64,000 bases of DNA from Octopus sinensis (Eukaryota), in NCBI RefSeq assembly GCF_006345805.1, contig NC_042998.1:142724001-142788000 (forward strand), given 5' to 3'. Shown here piece after piece: positions 41,950-52,959 of the stretch (the first letter of the stretch is position 1; each line of letters begins with the position of its first letter). The notes under the pieces were generated by a model, which searched no databases, had not been told where the DNA came from, and worked only from the letters and a program-made list of their open reading frames with translations. Position numbers and translations under genes: made by a program.

Positions 41950-42810
41950 GAGGAAGATGGCTTTATACTAGATGATGAGAGACTAAAGTATGGTAGAAGG
42001 ATGGGTATGTGTTTTCTGCTATAGAGTAGATACATAGCTGCCCTATATTATATAAGGATGGGTAAGAGTAACTGGAAGGAAAGCTAAGACGGTTGTGACA
42101 AGACGTTAGAGAATATACCCAAAGTGTAGGAAGATGAATAAAATAGAGAATAGAGGCAGAGGATGAGGAGTTGTGGGTGGGTAAGTTCATAGAAATTTGA
42201 GAGGAGATGATTAGAAAAGGGGGTAGAAATGATTATAGTCAATGATGAACAAAAGTGGGGTTGTGGTTGATGGTAAGTATCAGTATGGAGGGAAAGCTAT
42301 ACTTCAAATTTCGTGATTAAGGCAACAGGAAGTTGCCTATTATTATATTACATTTTCAATGGAAGTCATACACTAATAATTATGGCATCATAGTGATGTT
42401 TTTTGACTTATTGGGTCTGGAGAAAGGGACAGTGCCTTTAATCTTTACAGTCTCCCTTAAATCAGTGAGAGATGGCCTTTAGTATTTCTTAGTGTTTGTC
42501 TCAAATCTCTGTAAGTTAATAACTGTGGGAAAAGAGATGAGAAGGGAGAGAATTGTTGATAGCTAACATTCTGAGTAGAAAAGCCTATGCTTAGTGATTA
42601 GTAAAAGGTTTAGTGTGGCTGAATGCATGAATGATAAGAGAAGGAGAGATGAATAGGTCATGAATGCCTGAGTGGTGGGGTGATGAATCTTGTCAGATCC
42701 ATGAAGCAGTGGCCATTATGGTGGCAGTAGAAAAGGTTTGAAATAGCAGTCCATGAAATGATCCTTTGGCTCTCTCCATATCATAGGTATTGCAAACAGC
42801 ATTGCTCTCT
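41950..42810 (-). mobile_element. Very old CR1/Jockey-like RT remnant
   Basis: Only scattered motif-like traces (GTVxSP-like, QLL.LY-like) in broken frames. Confidence 0.3.
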
Positions 42811-42827
42811 TCCTCTTATTTAGCTAA

Positions 42828-43335
42828 TTATTTTAGTCCATTTGAACAAGCTGAGCAGCTGATGTGTGGGGCACAACTCTTATCTAGATCCCTGAGAGAG
42901 CAGCCAAAGTATAACTGGTAGATCTTCTTGATTTCATTTGTGATGGCACGTTGCTGAGCTTTGGTGGTAAATGAACCACAGACATGACAAAATATATCAG
43001 GACTGATCTTGCAATGCCGTGACATCCTGAGTAGAATTTGATGATGATGATGACTTGGCACCTTGAACAGAAAGTAAAATTTATGAAAAGAAAAGATTAT
43101 GAAAACCTAAAATTACAAAATGAATACAAATAGTTATAAAACAGAAGTCAGAATTTACCTATATAAGATGTTTATGTGTAGCGATACTGCAAATGGGAGT
43201 TATATACTTCTCTTATCTCATCAGAAAAACTGTGCCTGATAGAAGGAAACCGATTACATTTTTGAAATCTGCAGACAAAACTACATATAAGCACCATATA
43301 ATATCCCTGAGGAAAATTGGCTGTTGACCAGAGTT
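42828..43335 (-). mobile_element. 5' end of a DNA transposon with a Cys-rich N-terminal ORF fragment
   Basis: MSRHCKISPDIFCHVCGSFTTKAQQRAIT..YQLYFGCSLRDLDKSCAPHISCSAC resembles a widespread transposon-associated 'FCYICG..GDQDKSWAPH' N-terminus. Terminal-like sequence lies near 43335. Superfamily not assigned. Confidence 0.65.
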
Positions 43336-43339
43336 GTTG

Positions 43340-43381
<42 letters not shown>

Positions 43382-43647
43382 TATTATTATTATTATTATT
43401 ATTATAATATTATTTCTGTCTAACTATATTGTTAACAACTCTCAATTTTTCAAGTAGACTTACTTCTGTCGATTACCAGTTAAATTGTGGGATAAAAGCA
43501 CAACCTGTCAACTATCTCAGACTAAGCCTATATCAGATCCACTACATGGTTGCGCGACATGCAAGAAATATCTGCCAAATCTCACTAAAATCACTCTCCA
43601 GCATATTAGGAAAAGAGCACACATTAGATAACAAGTTCCTGAGTACA

Positions 43648-43689
<42 letters not shown>

Positions 43690-43750
43690 ACACACAGATA
43701 CATACATGCATGCATACATACATACATACATACATACATACATACATACA

Positions 43751-43782
<32 letters not shown>

Positions 43783-44164
43783 GCAAAGGTGAATGTACAC
43801 TAAACATTATAACTATCCCAATTCTATTTCTAAAATTCTAGTCGGTCGAAAGTTTCCCAGAGGGACAGCATGAGGTAACATGAACTGATATATCATCGTT
43901 TTCTCGCTTTCTCCTTCTTTTTGCTTTCCTCTTCCTTTTTATATTTTTCTTTACTTTACCGCTCTCATCAAGTTCCGCTATTCAAATTGGTATTTAATTA
44001 ATTAATTTCAATGATAACTATTATTATTATTATTGTGGTGGTTAAACCTGTGAATGGCGCTAACGGAAACAGCTGTAAGACGAGATTTTGTCTTTTTGTG
44101 ATTAATTAATAAATGATTGGTGTAAATCAATTATTATTCATCAATTTTATCTGTTTTCCTTATA

Positions 44165-44537
44165 TATGGAAGCACTCCGTCGGTTACGACGACGAGGGTT
44201 CCGGTTGATCCGAATCAACGGAACAGCCTGCTCGTGAAATTAACGTGTAAGTGGCTGAGCACTCACAGACACGTGTACCTTAACGTAGTTCTCGGGGATA
44301 TTCAGCGTGACACAGAGAGTGACAAGGCCGGTCCCTTGAAATACAGGTACAACAGAAACATGAAGTAAGAGTGAGAGAAAGTTGTGGTGAAAGAGTACAG
44401 CAGGGATCACCACCATCCCTTGCCGGAGCCTCGTGGAGCTTTAGGTGTTTTCGCTCAATAAACACTCACAACGCCCGGTCTGGGAATCGAAACCGCGATC
44501 CTATGACCGCGAGTCCGCTGCCCTAACCACTGGGCCT
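44165..44537 (-). mobile_element. Relatively intact tRNA-derived SINE (third family)
   Basis: The reverse-complement head ggcccagtggttagggcagcggactcgcggtcataggatcgcggtttcgattcccag has clear A and B boxes. Confidence 0.8.
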
Positions 44538-44567
44538 TATATATACCAAAGAAAAAATAACACACAG

Positions 44568-44843
44568 TGGATAAACGTCATTTTATTACAGCCGTTTCTT
44601 ATGCCTTTCTTTATTTGATGAGTGAGTACATTACATCATAGTGAAAAAAACCTATTCATCAGATGATCCATATAAGTTCAAATGAATAGAACAATCTATT
44701 CGCGCAGTGGATTGTTTTTCTATTCTTTTGAAATTATATGGATCATCTGATGAATACGGTTTTTTTTTAATATGATATAATGTAGTCACTCATCAAATAA
44801 AGAAATGCGTATGAAACAGTTGTAATGAACTGACGTTTATCCA
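44568..44843. mobile_element. Fold-back element (about 130-bp inverted arms) carrying an inverted hammerhead pair
   Basis: 44568-44700 pairs with 44712-44843. Possible 10-bp TSD atataccaaa at 44541-44550 and 44872-44881. Confidence 0.85.
44741..44830 (+). ncRNA. Type I hammerhead-ribozyme-like motif with approximately 49-nt loop 2
   Basis: GAUCAU-CUGAUGA-AUACG-(loop)-CGUAU-GAAAC-AGUU-GUA-AUGAAC. The core is intact, stem II is 5 bp, stem I has 5 of 6 pairs, and the triplet GUA is at 44822-44824. Confidence 0.7.
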
Positions 44844-45185
44844 TCGTCTGTCAAGTTTTTCTTTTCTAATAATATACCAAAGGGATTCATGACCTGTCGG
44901 ACTACCTAGAGTATACCAAACACCGTATATTCCACGCAACACATGATTTGGACCAGCCCCTAGACGTTAAATACTCGTAGCGGTGGATTTTCTCTGTGTG
45001 CACAGCCTAAATATCTCACTGGATTACTTCAGTACCCAGTATATTAATCCGACTAAAGATGGTGCTTACGGGTTAAATCAGCCCAACCTGGTGCATACCA
45101 TTTAAGTACCCAATTTTCTCCAGAATCCTTTATATTGTTCTATGTATGTGTGTATGTATGTGTTTGTATGTACGTATGTATGTAT

Positions 45186-45273
<88 letters not shown>

Positions 45274-45310
45274 TATATATATATATATAATATATATATA
45301 TATATAATAT

Positions 45311-45366
<56 letters not shown>

Positions 45367-45371
45367 TATTA

Positions 45372-45419
<48 letters not shown>

Positions 45420-45424
45420 GTTCA

Positions 45425-45560
45425 AATGCAAAGAAAACAAAAGACGAAGACCATTCAGGAAACAACAAGCAGGTGTATTAGTTTGACGCTCGGGAAGAAT
45501 AGAAATGTCTTGGACGGTTTCGAGCCTACGCTCTTCGACAAAAATGAATGGAAAGTAAAA
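45425..45560 (-). repeat. Penelope-pLTR-like repeat with a minimal hammerhead-like motif (copy 1)
   Basis: The reverse complement contains GAAGAGCGTAGGCTCGAAACCGTC. Homologous to 48640-48810 and 59690-59870. Confidence 0.6.
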
Positions 45561-46079
45561 ATGGGGGTGAGAGAGAAAAAAAATAGAGAAAAAAACGTAT
45601 CATATATATAAATATGTACACATTCACACACACATCAAATAACTATCCCCACTTTTGCAAAAACTTTCTTTAGGCTGGTCTCACTGCCTTCAACGGATCG
45701 AGAGGCTTAAACATGGCCGGACAAACATGAAACACAAAGAGGGAGCAATACGCCCATAAATCTCTACCACTGATAGGAAGATTTTACAAGCTCGAGAGAT
45801 GATTCTGAAGAACTGACGAGTGAACATCGATGATGTGGCGACCAACCGAAAATCTCCGATGGAATAAGCAATTTTATAGAATGCTAGCAGAAATGCATCG
45901 GAAAGCAGGGAAACTATGTCGGAAAATTCTGTAATTGTTCAAACCTCATAGACCGTTGTAGAAACTGAAGCAAAAACATAGCGAAGGAACCTTTTTTAGT
46001 CATCTAAAAACTCACAATGCTGTTATGTTGACTTGTTTTATATACCTCGATGATACAGCCTATTAAGTGTTGTTGAAGT

Positions 46080-46295
46080 GAGATGACAGCATTTTGAGTC
46101 ATTATATTTACATGCCTCACCATCTGTCTTCTCCTTCGAAAACACCTGCAGGGTAACTCTCAAGGACAAAAGACGCAAGAGGAAAAACTGCAACACTACC
46201 TCATCAAATCCTGACCACACCTTCGACTGCAACCACTGCGGTCACAATTGCCCATCTCACATTAGCTTTGTCAGCTACGAGCGTGCCAGCCAAGC
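46080..46295 (+). mobile_element. RTE (BovB-like) LINE 3' end with C2H2-like motif
   Basis: KDKRRKRK..FDCNHCGHNCPSHISFVSYERA, followed by (TG)n. Confidence 0.7.
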
Positions 46296-47431
46296 CAAGA
46301 AGTTGTGTGTGTGTGTGTGTGTGTGTGTGTTTGTGTGTTGTGCCTGTGTGTGTGTTGTGCCTGTGTGCGTGCGCGCGTGTTTAGAGGGAGAGAGAGTAAC
46401 ATGTATATCTGTGTATGAATGAGTGCGTGCGCGCACGCGCGCGCGTGCACATCTGTGCATGTTCTCAAACCACTCAACAACTCACCGGTTCAGCAAAAAG
46501 AAACCGACAGAATAAGCACTAGACTTATAATCAGTAGCTGTAGGTCGATTTGTTTGTCTAAACCCTTCAAGGTGATACTCCTGCATGGCCGCAGTCAAAT
46601 GGCATAAAAACTAAAAAGATAAAAGAAAAGAATAATTTCTGCTGTTTGTTATTCTGTCTATTGATCGTGTAGGAGTATGGCTGCCTTTTCATAAATTCCC
46701 TGTTTGTGTATATTCTTCATTGTTTTCGTCATAAAAACTTGGAAACTTCGAAAGACGTGAAAAAAATTCCAATGTTAGAACGTCTTAAATATTTTCAGAA
46801 TATGTGGACTCGTTTCCTAGGGGCAGCCGTCGAATTTCTTTTTTCTATCCGAAGGGCTGTTTATTTAAACTCATTATTTACACGCTTTTGTTTATAGTTT
46901 AATCCTCTTCGTGTTTCACAATTACAAACGAATTCTTAATTGATTTTGTTTGATTGATAGCCAGTATTTTTGTCAGTTTATCTATCGTTCGATGTATTTG
47001 TTATTTAGATGTGATTGAATTGAGTGCGATATTGATTTCTTTACACTAAACACACAGAGGTTAATGTTTATAGGATAGGGAGTCTATAATAAAATTAACT
47101 GGTCCATTTTATCAATTGCATTTTACACACACAGATACATATACTCATACACACACACACACATACACATACATACATACATACATACATACATACATAC
47201 ATACATACATACATACATACATGCATTTATGTACAAATGTACATATAAGGAATTAAAATGAAAAAGGAATAAGACGTTATTCTTGAACTTCATTAGCTTA
47301 CAGGTATTTCTGCTATAAGATGCAATGCACTCATAGTTGAGTTCTAGTGTATAACCCTATAGGTTCATCGGAATTAAAAATTGAAGTGCAATTTTAGTTG
47401 GGAAAGCATTTACATATATATATATATAATT

Positions 47432-47866
47432 ATATAATTGCCACTAATTGTGACTAGAGTGTTAGAAACACTTTCATTGCTAGAAATAAGAGCTTAAATG
47501 CTCTAATGTTATGGTAGAACACATAATTGCATACATATATAGCGACAGGGACTATAATCGTCCGAAGACATCGTTCGAGAATCCTTTATGTGTTGCAGTT
47601 TTTCCTCTTGCGTCTTTATGTGATCAGTCAGTTTCGGCAATTTCCGTTGCCTCATCAGTAAGGACTAGCTCGACTGATGAGGTAAAGGAAATTACCAAAA
47701 CTGACCGATCAGAATAGGGAATTATTGAACGGTGTTTTCGGACGATTACAGTCCCTGTCACTGTATACAATTATGTGCATTGATTACAGCATTAGAGAAT
47801 TTTAGCTCTTATCTCTAGCAATGTGGGTGTTTCTAACACCCTAGTCATATTTAATGACGATTATAG
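47432..47866. mobile_element. Fold-back element (about 200-bp inverted arms) with two divergent hammerhead-like cores at its centre
   Basis: tgactagagtgttagaaacac..(47451) pairs with ..gtgtttctaacaccctagtca (47847). CTGATGA occurs on minus at 47652-47658 and on plus at 47674-47680. Confidence 0.85.
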
Positions 47867-48639
47867 TTTCCCTTTTTGGTAAAACATTGCAAACTGCTGT
47901 TTATATTATTTTTATAAATATGTATATATACATTATATATATATATATATACCCCTACTCTCTTTCTCTCTTACTCTTTCACTCTCTCTTTCTCTCTTAC
48001 TCTCTTCTCTCATGTCTCTTCTCTCTTCTCTCTTACTCTTTTCTCTCATGTCTCTCTCTCTTCTCTCTTACTCTCTTTCTCTCTTCCTACATACCCACCT
48101 TCCCTTTCCCCTTCATCGTCAACACTCCCCCATAAGCCCACCCCACCCCTACACATTCCTACTCCACCTTCCCTATCCTTCCCATCCCATCCCTTACACC
48201 CTCTCCCACATACCCCACCCTCTGCCTACCCACAAGCCCCACCTTTACCCCAACCCTCTGCATACCCACATACCCAACTCCACACCAACCCTCTGCCTAA
48301 CCCACATCCCACTCTCACCTCCTCCACCTCCCAACAACATCATACAACACCACACAACACCACACTACACCATACGACACTACGCATACACCACACTACA
48401 CCATACAACACACCACTCACACACCAGCACTGACCAATTCCCATCTCCACATTTTCGCACCTACACATACACACACGCACACGTCAAGACCACCAAGCCC
48501 TCTTTCACACGCGCACACGTACTCTCTCATACACGCACGCACCTTCGTTGTGGGGGGTCATCTTTACTTTGTTATCTCCCCTATTTCTTCGCTCTCCTGT
48601 GTGACCCTTCAGTCCGGCAGTCGCCATGATAGATTGGTA

Positions 48640-48810
48640 GCCACTACATACATTTTTTTCTCTCCTTGTTTTTTTCTGTGTCCCTTTCTGCAGAAAAGAG
48701 TAGGCTCGAAACGTAAAAGACTTTTTCAATTCCTGAGCGTTTTACTAATACATATGTTTATTTTCTACACCACCTGTCTTCGTCTTTTGTTTTGTTTCGT
48801 GAACTCTCCC
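48640..48810 (+). repeat. Penelope-pLTR-like repeat with a minimal hammerhead-like motif (copy 2)
   Basis: gtccctttctgcagaaaagagtaggctcgaaacgtaaaagac. Nearly colinear with 59690-59870. Confidence 0.6.
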
Positions 48811-48815
48811 CCCCC

Positions 48816-48965
<150 letters not shown>

Positions 48966-49124
48966 TTATTTTTTTTTTTTTTTATATATATATATATATA
49001 TATATACACTAATTATAATAAGGGCAAAAGAAAAAAATTCTTATGCCAAATATGCCGAGAAGTAGACTTTAAATTGTCATATAACCACATTTAATTCATC
49101 ACGAAAGAATTCTTTATGAATTAA

Positions 49125-50353
49125 CTTAGAAATCGGGCCGATCCGGTGATAACGGAATTTTTTAGACGCAAACAGTAGACATTCTGCCAATGAGAATATG
49201 TAGGTGTGATGCGTAGTCCGTATGGGGACTGTAAAAAAAGCCTTGTTAGACTAGCAACAGGAAAAAACCCTCGGAAAGACATGAGAAAGCAGTTTACGTT
49301 GAGAATCAACCCCAAGCCTTTTGGCCTTTTGTTCAGCAGTCTGTAAAGCACGGCTATTTGAAGTAGAGGCAGCATCGCGAGCACGCCGGAGTTCTGCTTG
49401 TTGAGCTGTCTGTGATGCTCTTGCGGTTAAAGTGGAAGCAAAAGTAGCATTGCGAGCACGCCGAAACACATATTGTTCTTCTGTATCGCTTGCCTTCAAG
49501 GAACGCAAAACGGAAGCATTTTCTGTTTTTCTGCCAATGTGACTCTTGCTTTTTCGAGGCATCCTATCAAAAATCTATAATTGAACGAATCTTTAAAAAA
49601 TCAATTAAATTTACATCATTGCTGTTTACAAGCACTAAATATGGCGTTTCAACAAAAAATTCTCACAACGCTAAAGCGCACAATTAATTGCAATGGTATT
49701 GTAAGCATTAAATGGCACGTGGATGCGGACAGTTGTGAATGAGCATTCACATCTATAAGCACATGTGGACAGAACGTATTTCATGAAAATCGATATTCTG
49801 TCTACCAAAAGTGCAATTGTGATAAAATGTAAATGATCGATGCAAACACCAGTGCACTGACAGGTAGCAGAAGGTAAAGAGTATGTCTAAGAAATATCAC
49901 ACCTAAGTGCGAAATTTAAAAAAAATGAATGTGGCTTCCTTTGGGAAAAAAGATGTTCGCATTAAAATTATTTTATATTAATTTGGAAGTAATGAAAATT
50001 CTTTATAAATAAAATTATTTAAGTCTACGTAACCGTAAAATTTCAAATGGAATATAGGGTTCGGCAATATGCTCTGATGTTGATTGGACAAACATAGCGG
50101 CTGCTCGTACGTGATTTGCGGAATGATAGCCAATAAGCGCTATTGAAATTGGATTTTCCATCAAGATTTTGATTAAAAAATGGCAAATCTCACTTTGAAA
50201 CTAACGTTTGTGTTATGAAATTTAACTGATGCACCCACTGTGACGTCTTTTACCTAAATTTCAGCGCAATCAGTTGAAAAATACGGCCATTATAATCATT
50301 TAGACACACACACACACACACACACACACAAAACGGAATTTATATATTATAGA
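49125..50353 (-). mobile_element. Non-autonomous Helitron carrying the N-terminus of a RepHel-like ORF
   Basis: 5' end TCTATAATATATAAA at 50353. The ORF MPRKSKSHIGRKTENAS..RARDAAS..(49251-49562) continues frameshifted into a Y..HPHILIGRMSTVC-like motif. A 3' hairpin atcggcccgat plus ctaag lies near 49125. Confidence 0.7.
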
Positions 50354-50612
50354 TTTACAGACACATACACACAGAACGGGATTTATATGTATGTATGTAT
50401 GTGTGGTGTGTGTGTGTGTGTGTGTGTGTGTTTTAATTTAGAACAAACAGTAAAAGGTTGTCTTTATAGTACTCGGAGTTTTGATTGTTGGAACGAAGAG
50501 CTACGATGTATTCTCGTCGACTATTAATAATTAAATTATAGCATATATAAATAATCCTTTATTTATCTAATATCGAGGTCTCATTCTTTTGTTGTTACTT
50601 ATTATATATATA

Positions 50613-51011
50613 CTAGCAGTATCGCCCGGCGTTGCTCGGGTTTGTAAGGGAAATAACTATATAAGCATTTTTAGAGAGTTATAGCCAAAAAATAGCAAAA
50701 AAATGCATTAAAAATGGGAAAAAAATTAAGGTAAATTTTTTTTTAAATCGTTGACACATCGTAGATATTTTTAGAGAGTTACTTCCCTTATATAATAACG
50801 AAAAAAATGCATTAAAATGGAAAAATATGATGGTAATTTTTTTTTTAAATCGTAGACTCATCGTAGACGCGCGCTAATACCCAGAAGGGCTCGATATGAC
50901 TCACGACTTTAAGATACCCGCTTTTGGTGAAACTGCACCGCAAAATGTGGGAGTAGTTACGAATCTAAATCGTAGGAGACAGACACACAACTTCAGTTTT
51001 ATATATAAAGA
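50613..51011 (-). mobile_element. Complete non-autonomous Helitron (399 bp)
   Basis: 5' TC(TTTATATATAAAA), 3' hairpin cccgagcaacgccggg plus CTAG, inserted between A and T. Contains an internal approximately 100-bp tandem duplication. Confidence 0.88.
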
Positions 51012-51389
51012 TATAAGCCACGTAGTTATATACACATACTTTGTTATATACACATTCTTAAAAGAAAATGTTATTTTGAACACAACATTTATAAAGAATA
51101 AAATATTTTTTGGTTTTTCTTAACCCTTTCGTTACTATATTTCTGACCAAAATCACCGAAAGAAACAGTTTTTAAATTTTCACTCCATTCAGGTGCCAAT
51201 TCATTTTCTTTATCGCTGTCGGATTCACTGTTTTCACTTTAATCGTTGCACACTTGCAAAGAGAAAGGAGGAGGAGAAATTAGGGTGATAGCGTCAGTGA
51301 AACAGTTCGCTCCGTTTGTGTGTGTGTGCGTATGCGTGTGCTGTAGCCCACACTAAGAAAAGCATTTGACATACACACCACAATGTGAG

Positions 51390-51563
51390 TTTTCTCTAAA
51401 TTTTGCTTAATTGGGGTTGAAATTTTAAAAACTGGACCTGGCACGACCCGATGCATTCTACTCTTAAAAATGCTAGGTAAATTGTAATTGAAGAAATCCT
51501 ATATTGTAGATTTCTATAAGAGACAAAGGGAGGCAGATAAAATCTGCCTTTTATAATAAGAGA
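51390..51563 (-). mobile_element. Helitron-like 5' end
   Basis: A followed by TCTCTTATTATAAAAGGCAG at 51563 on the minus strand. The 3' end was not identified. Confidence 0.45.
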
Positions 51564-51759
51564 TATATAATATTAATATTAGGGACGTTATTTCCGAGTC
51601 CACACGGGAGAGAAGTTCAATTTAGTAGTACTAAAATGTATGTATGTATGTATGTATGTATGTATGTATGTATGTATGTATGTATGTATGTATGTATGTA
51701 CGATTATCTTTTTAGCCAATAATATAGACAGATGGAAACATCTTGTCTTAATAGACAAT

Positions 51760-52950
51760 GTCTACGTGGATAGAAAAAGACCAGATATTTAGATGTAGTT
51801 CAGAGATCACAGGATCTAAACAGTATAGGAATCTTATGAGAAATTATAGAACTTATTGCACAATTTAATCCATTTCTGATAGGTCACCTTACAGAATTTT
51901 ACAATCACGAAAGGAGCAAGCAATTATAACCAACCTTTTACAAAGAAATTATTGCTGTGTTGATTGCAAAATACTTTAAGAATTTTATTGTGGAAGAATC
52001 ATAAATCTGTCAAGCATTCCTCAGTTTGTGTAGGTTCACGCCAGAACTGGCTCGTGTTGAGCAGCTAACAGCTGTTGTGCGATATGTTCTTGGGAAGCCA
52101 ACTTAAAGTTTTTAACTTTGCTGTTGACTGATGCTCACACGACTGAATTACCAGCTTCGTATCTCTACTAGAATTTCTAGATAAAAAAAAATGTTATTGA
52201 TTTGTAAGACTGAAAAAGCAGTCATATGACAATGCCAACAGTATATCTAGTCGCTGCATGGAGTAAAGGATACGCCAACAACATTTTTTAAATTTCTAGT
52301 ACCGATCACTCATTTACTCTTGCTGAGTTGTAACCGTAAGTGTATTTTTATTTCAGATAAATGTTATAAAGAGCATTAACTAACTGGTATAAAGAGCATT
52401 AACTAACTGTGAAGTCACTATTAAACATTTGTAGATCAATAAGAGCTGTTGTTACTGAAGCGCTCCAAGTCGGAAACTACTGCATTCAAAATGTTCACAA
52501 AGAAATTGACAGTAATTGGAATACCTGTCGCTTGAAATGAAGCTCAGATATTGACGAGCAGACAAAAATGGATGGTCATTATCTAGAACTTACCATATTT
52601 ATGACATAAAAGTCGCATGGGTATATTAGATGCACCCCAATAGCGCATATTCAGGGGGGAAATGTTTTAGTTCATTAAAGCTCATGGAAGGCCCATAGAG
52701 AATCCAGGATGATTTTTTTTTTTTAGATTTTTTTACAAAAATGGGTGTGTTATATGACATCAAACACGGTAGATTCCTGTATAGTTCAATACTACAAACA
52801 AAGCTTTTCATGGAGTTGAAGTTTATATGAAACATTAATGGTTCTAACTGATTCTCCGGAAAAGTTTCTGAAATAATTTCGGGTTAAGTATGAAGAGTTT
52901 GAAGTTTGATACCAAGAATTTCTGTAACAGACCAGAAAGCAATTAAAGAC
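51760..52950 (+). mobile_element. Decayed hAT (ZMYM1-like) transposase remnant
   Basis: IAQFNPFLIGHL, FTPELARVEQLTAVVRYV and QSYDNAN motifs in broken frames. Ends where the Tx1 copy starts. Confidence 0.65.
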
Positions 52951-52959
52951 AGGCCAAGA

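Noticed and set aside
44480-44537. tRNA gene
   Set aside because: The A/B boxes continue into a repeat body with no acceptor-stem closure seen. All tRNA-like heads here are SINEs.
45180-45420. Regular TT/AA interruptions in (TA)n tracts as a possible code or CRISPR-like spacing
   Set aside because: Single-base slips in long dinucleotide runs are expected from replication slippage or long-read consensus error. There are no unique spacers between conserved repeats.
48100-48450. C/A-rich tract with ccctaaccc-like words (interstitial telomere?)
   Set aside because: Only a single TAACCC unit is present. The rest is generic low complexity.
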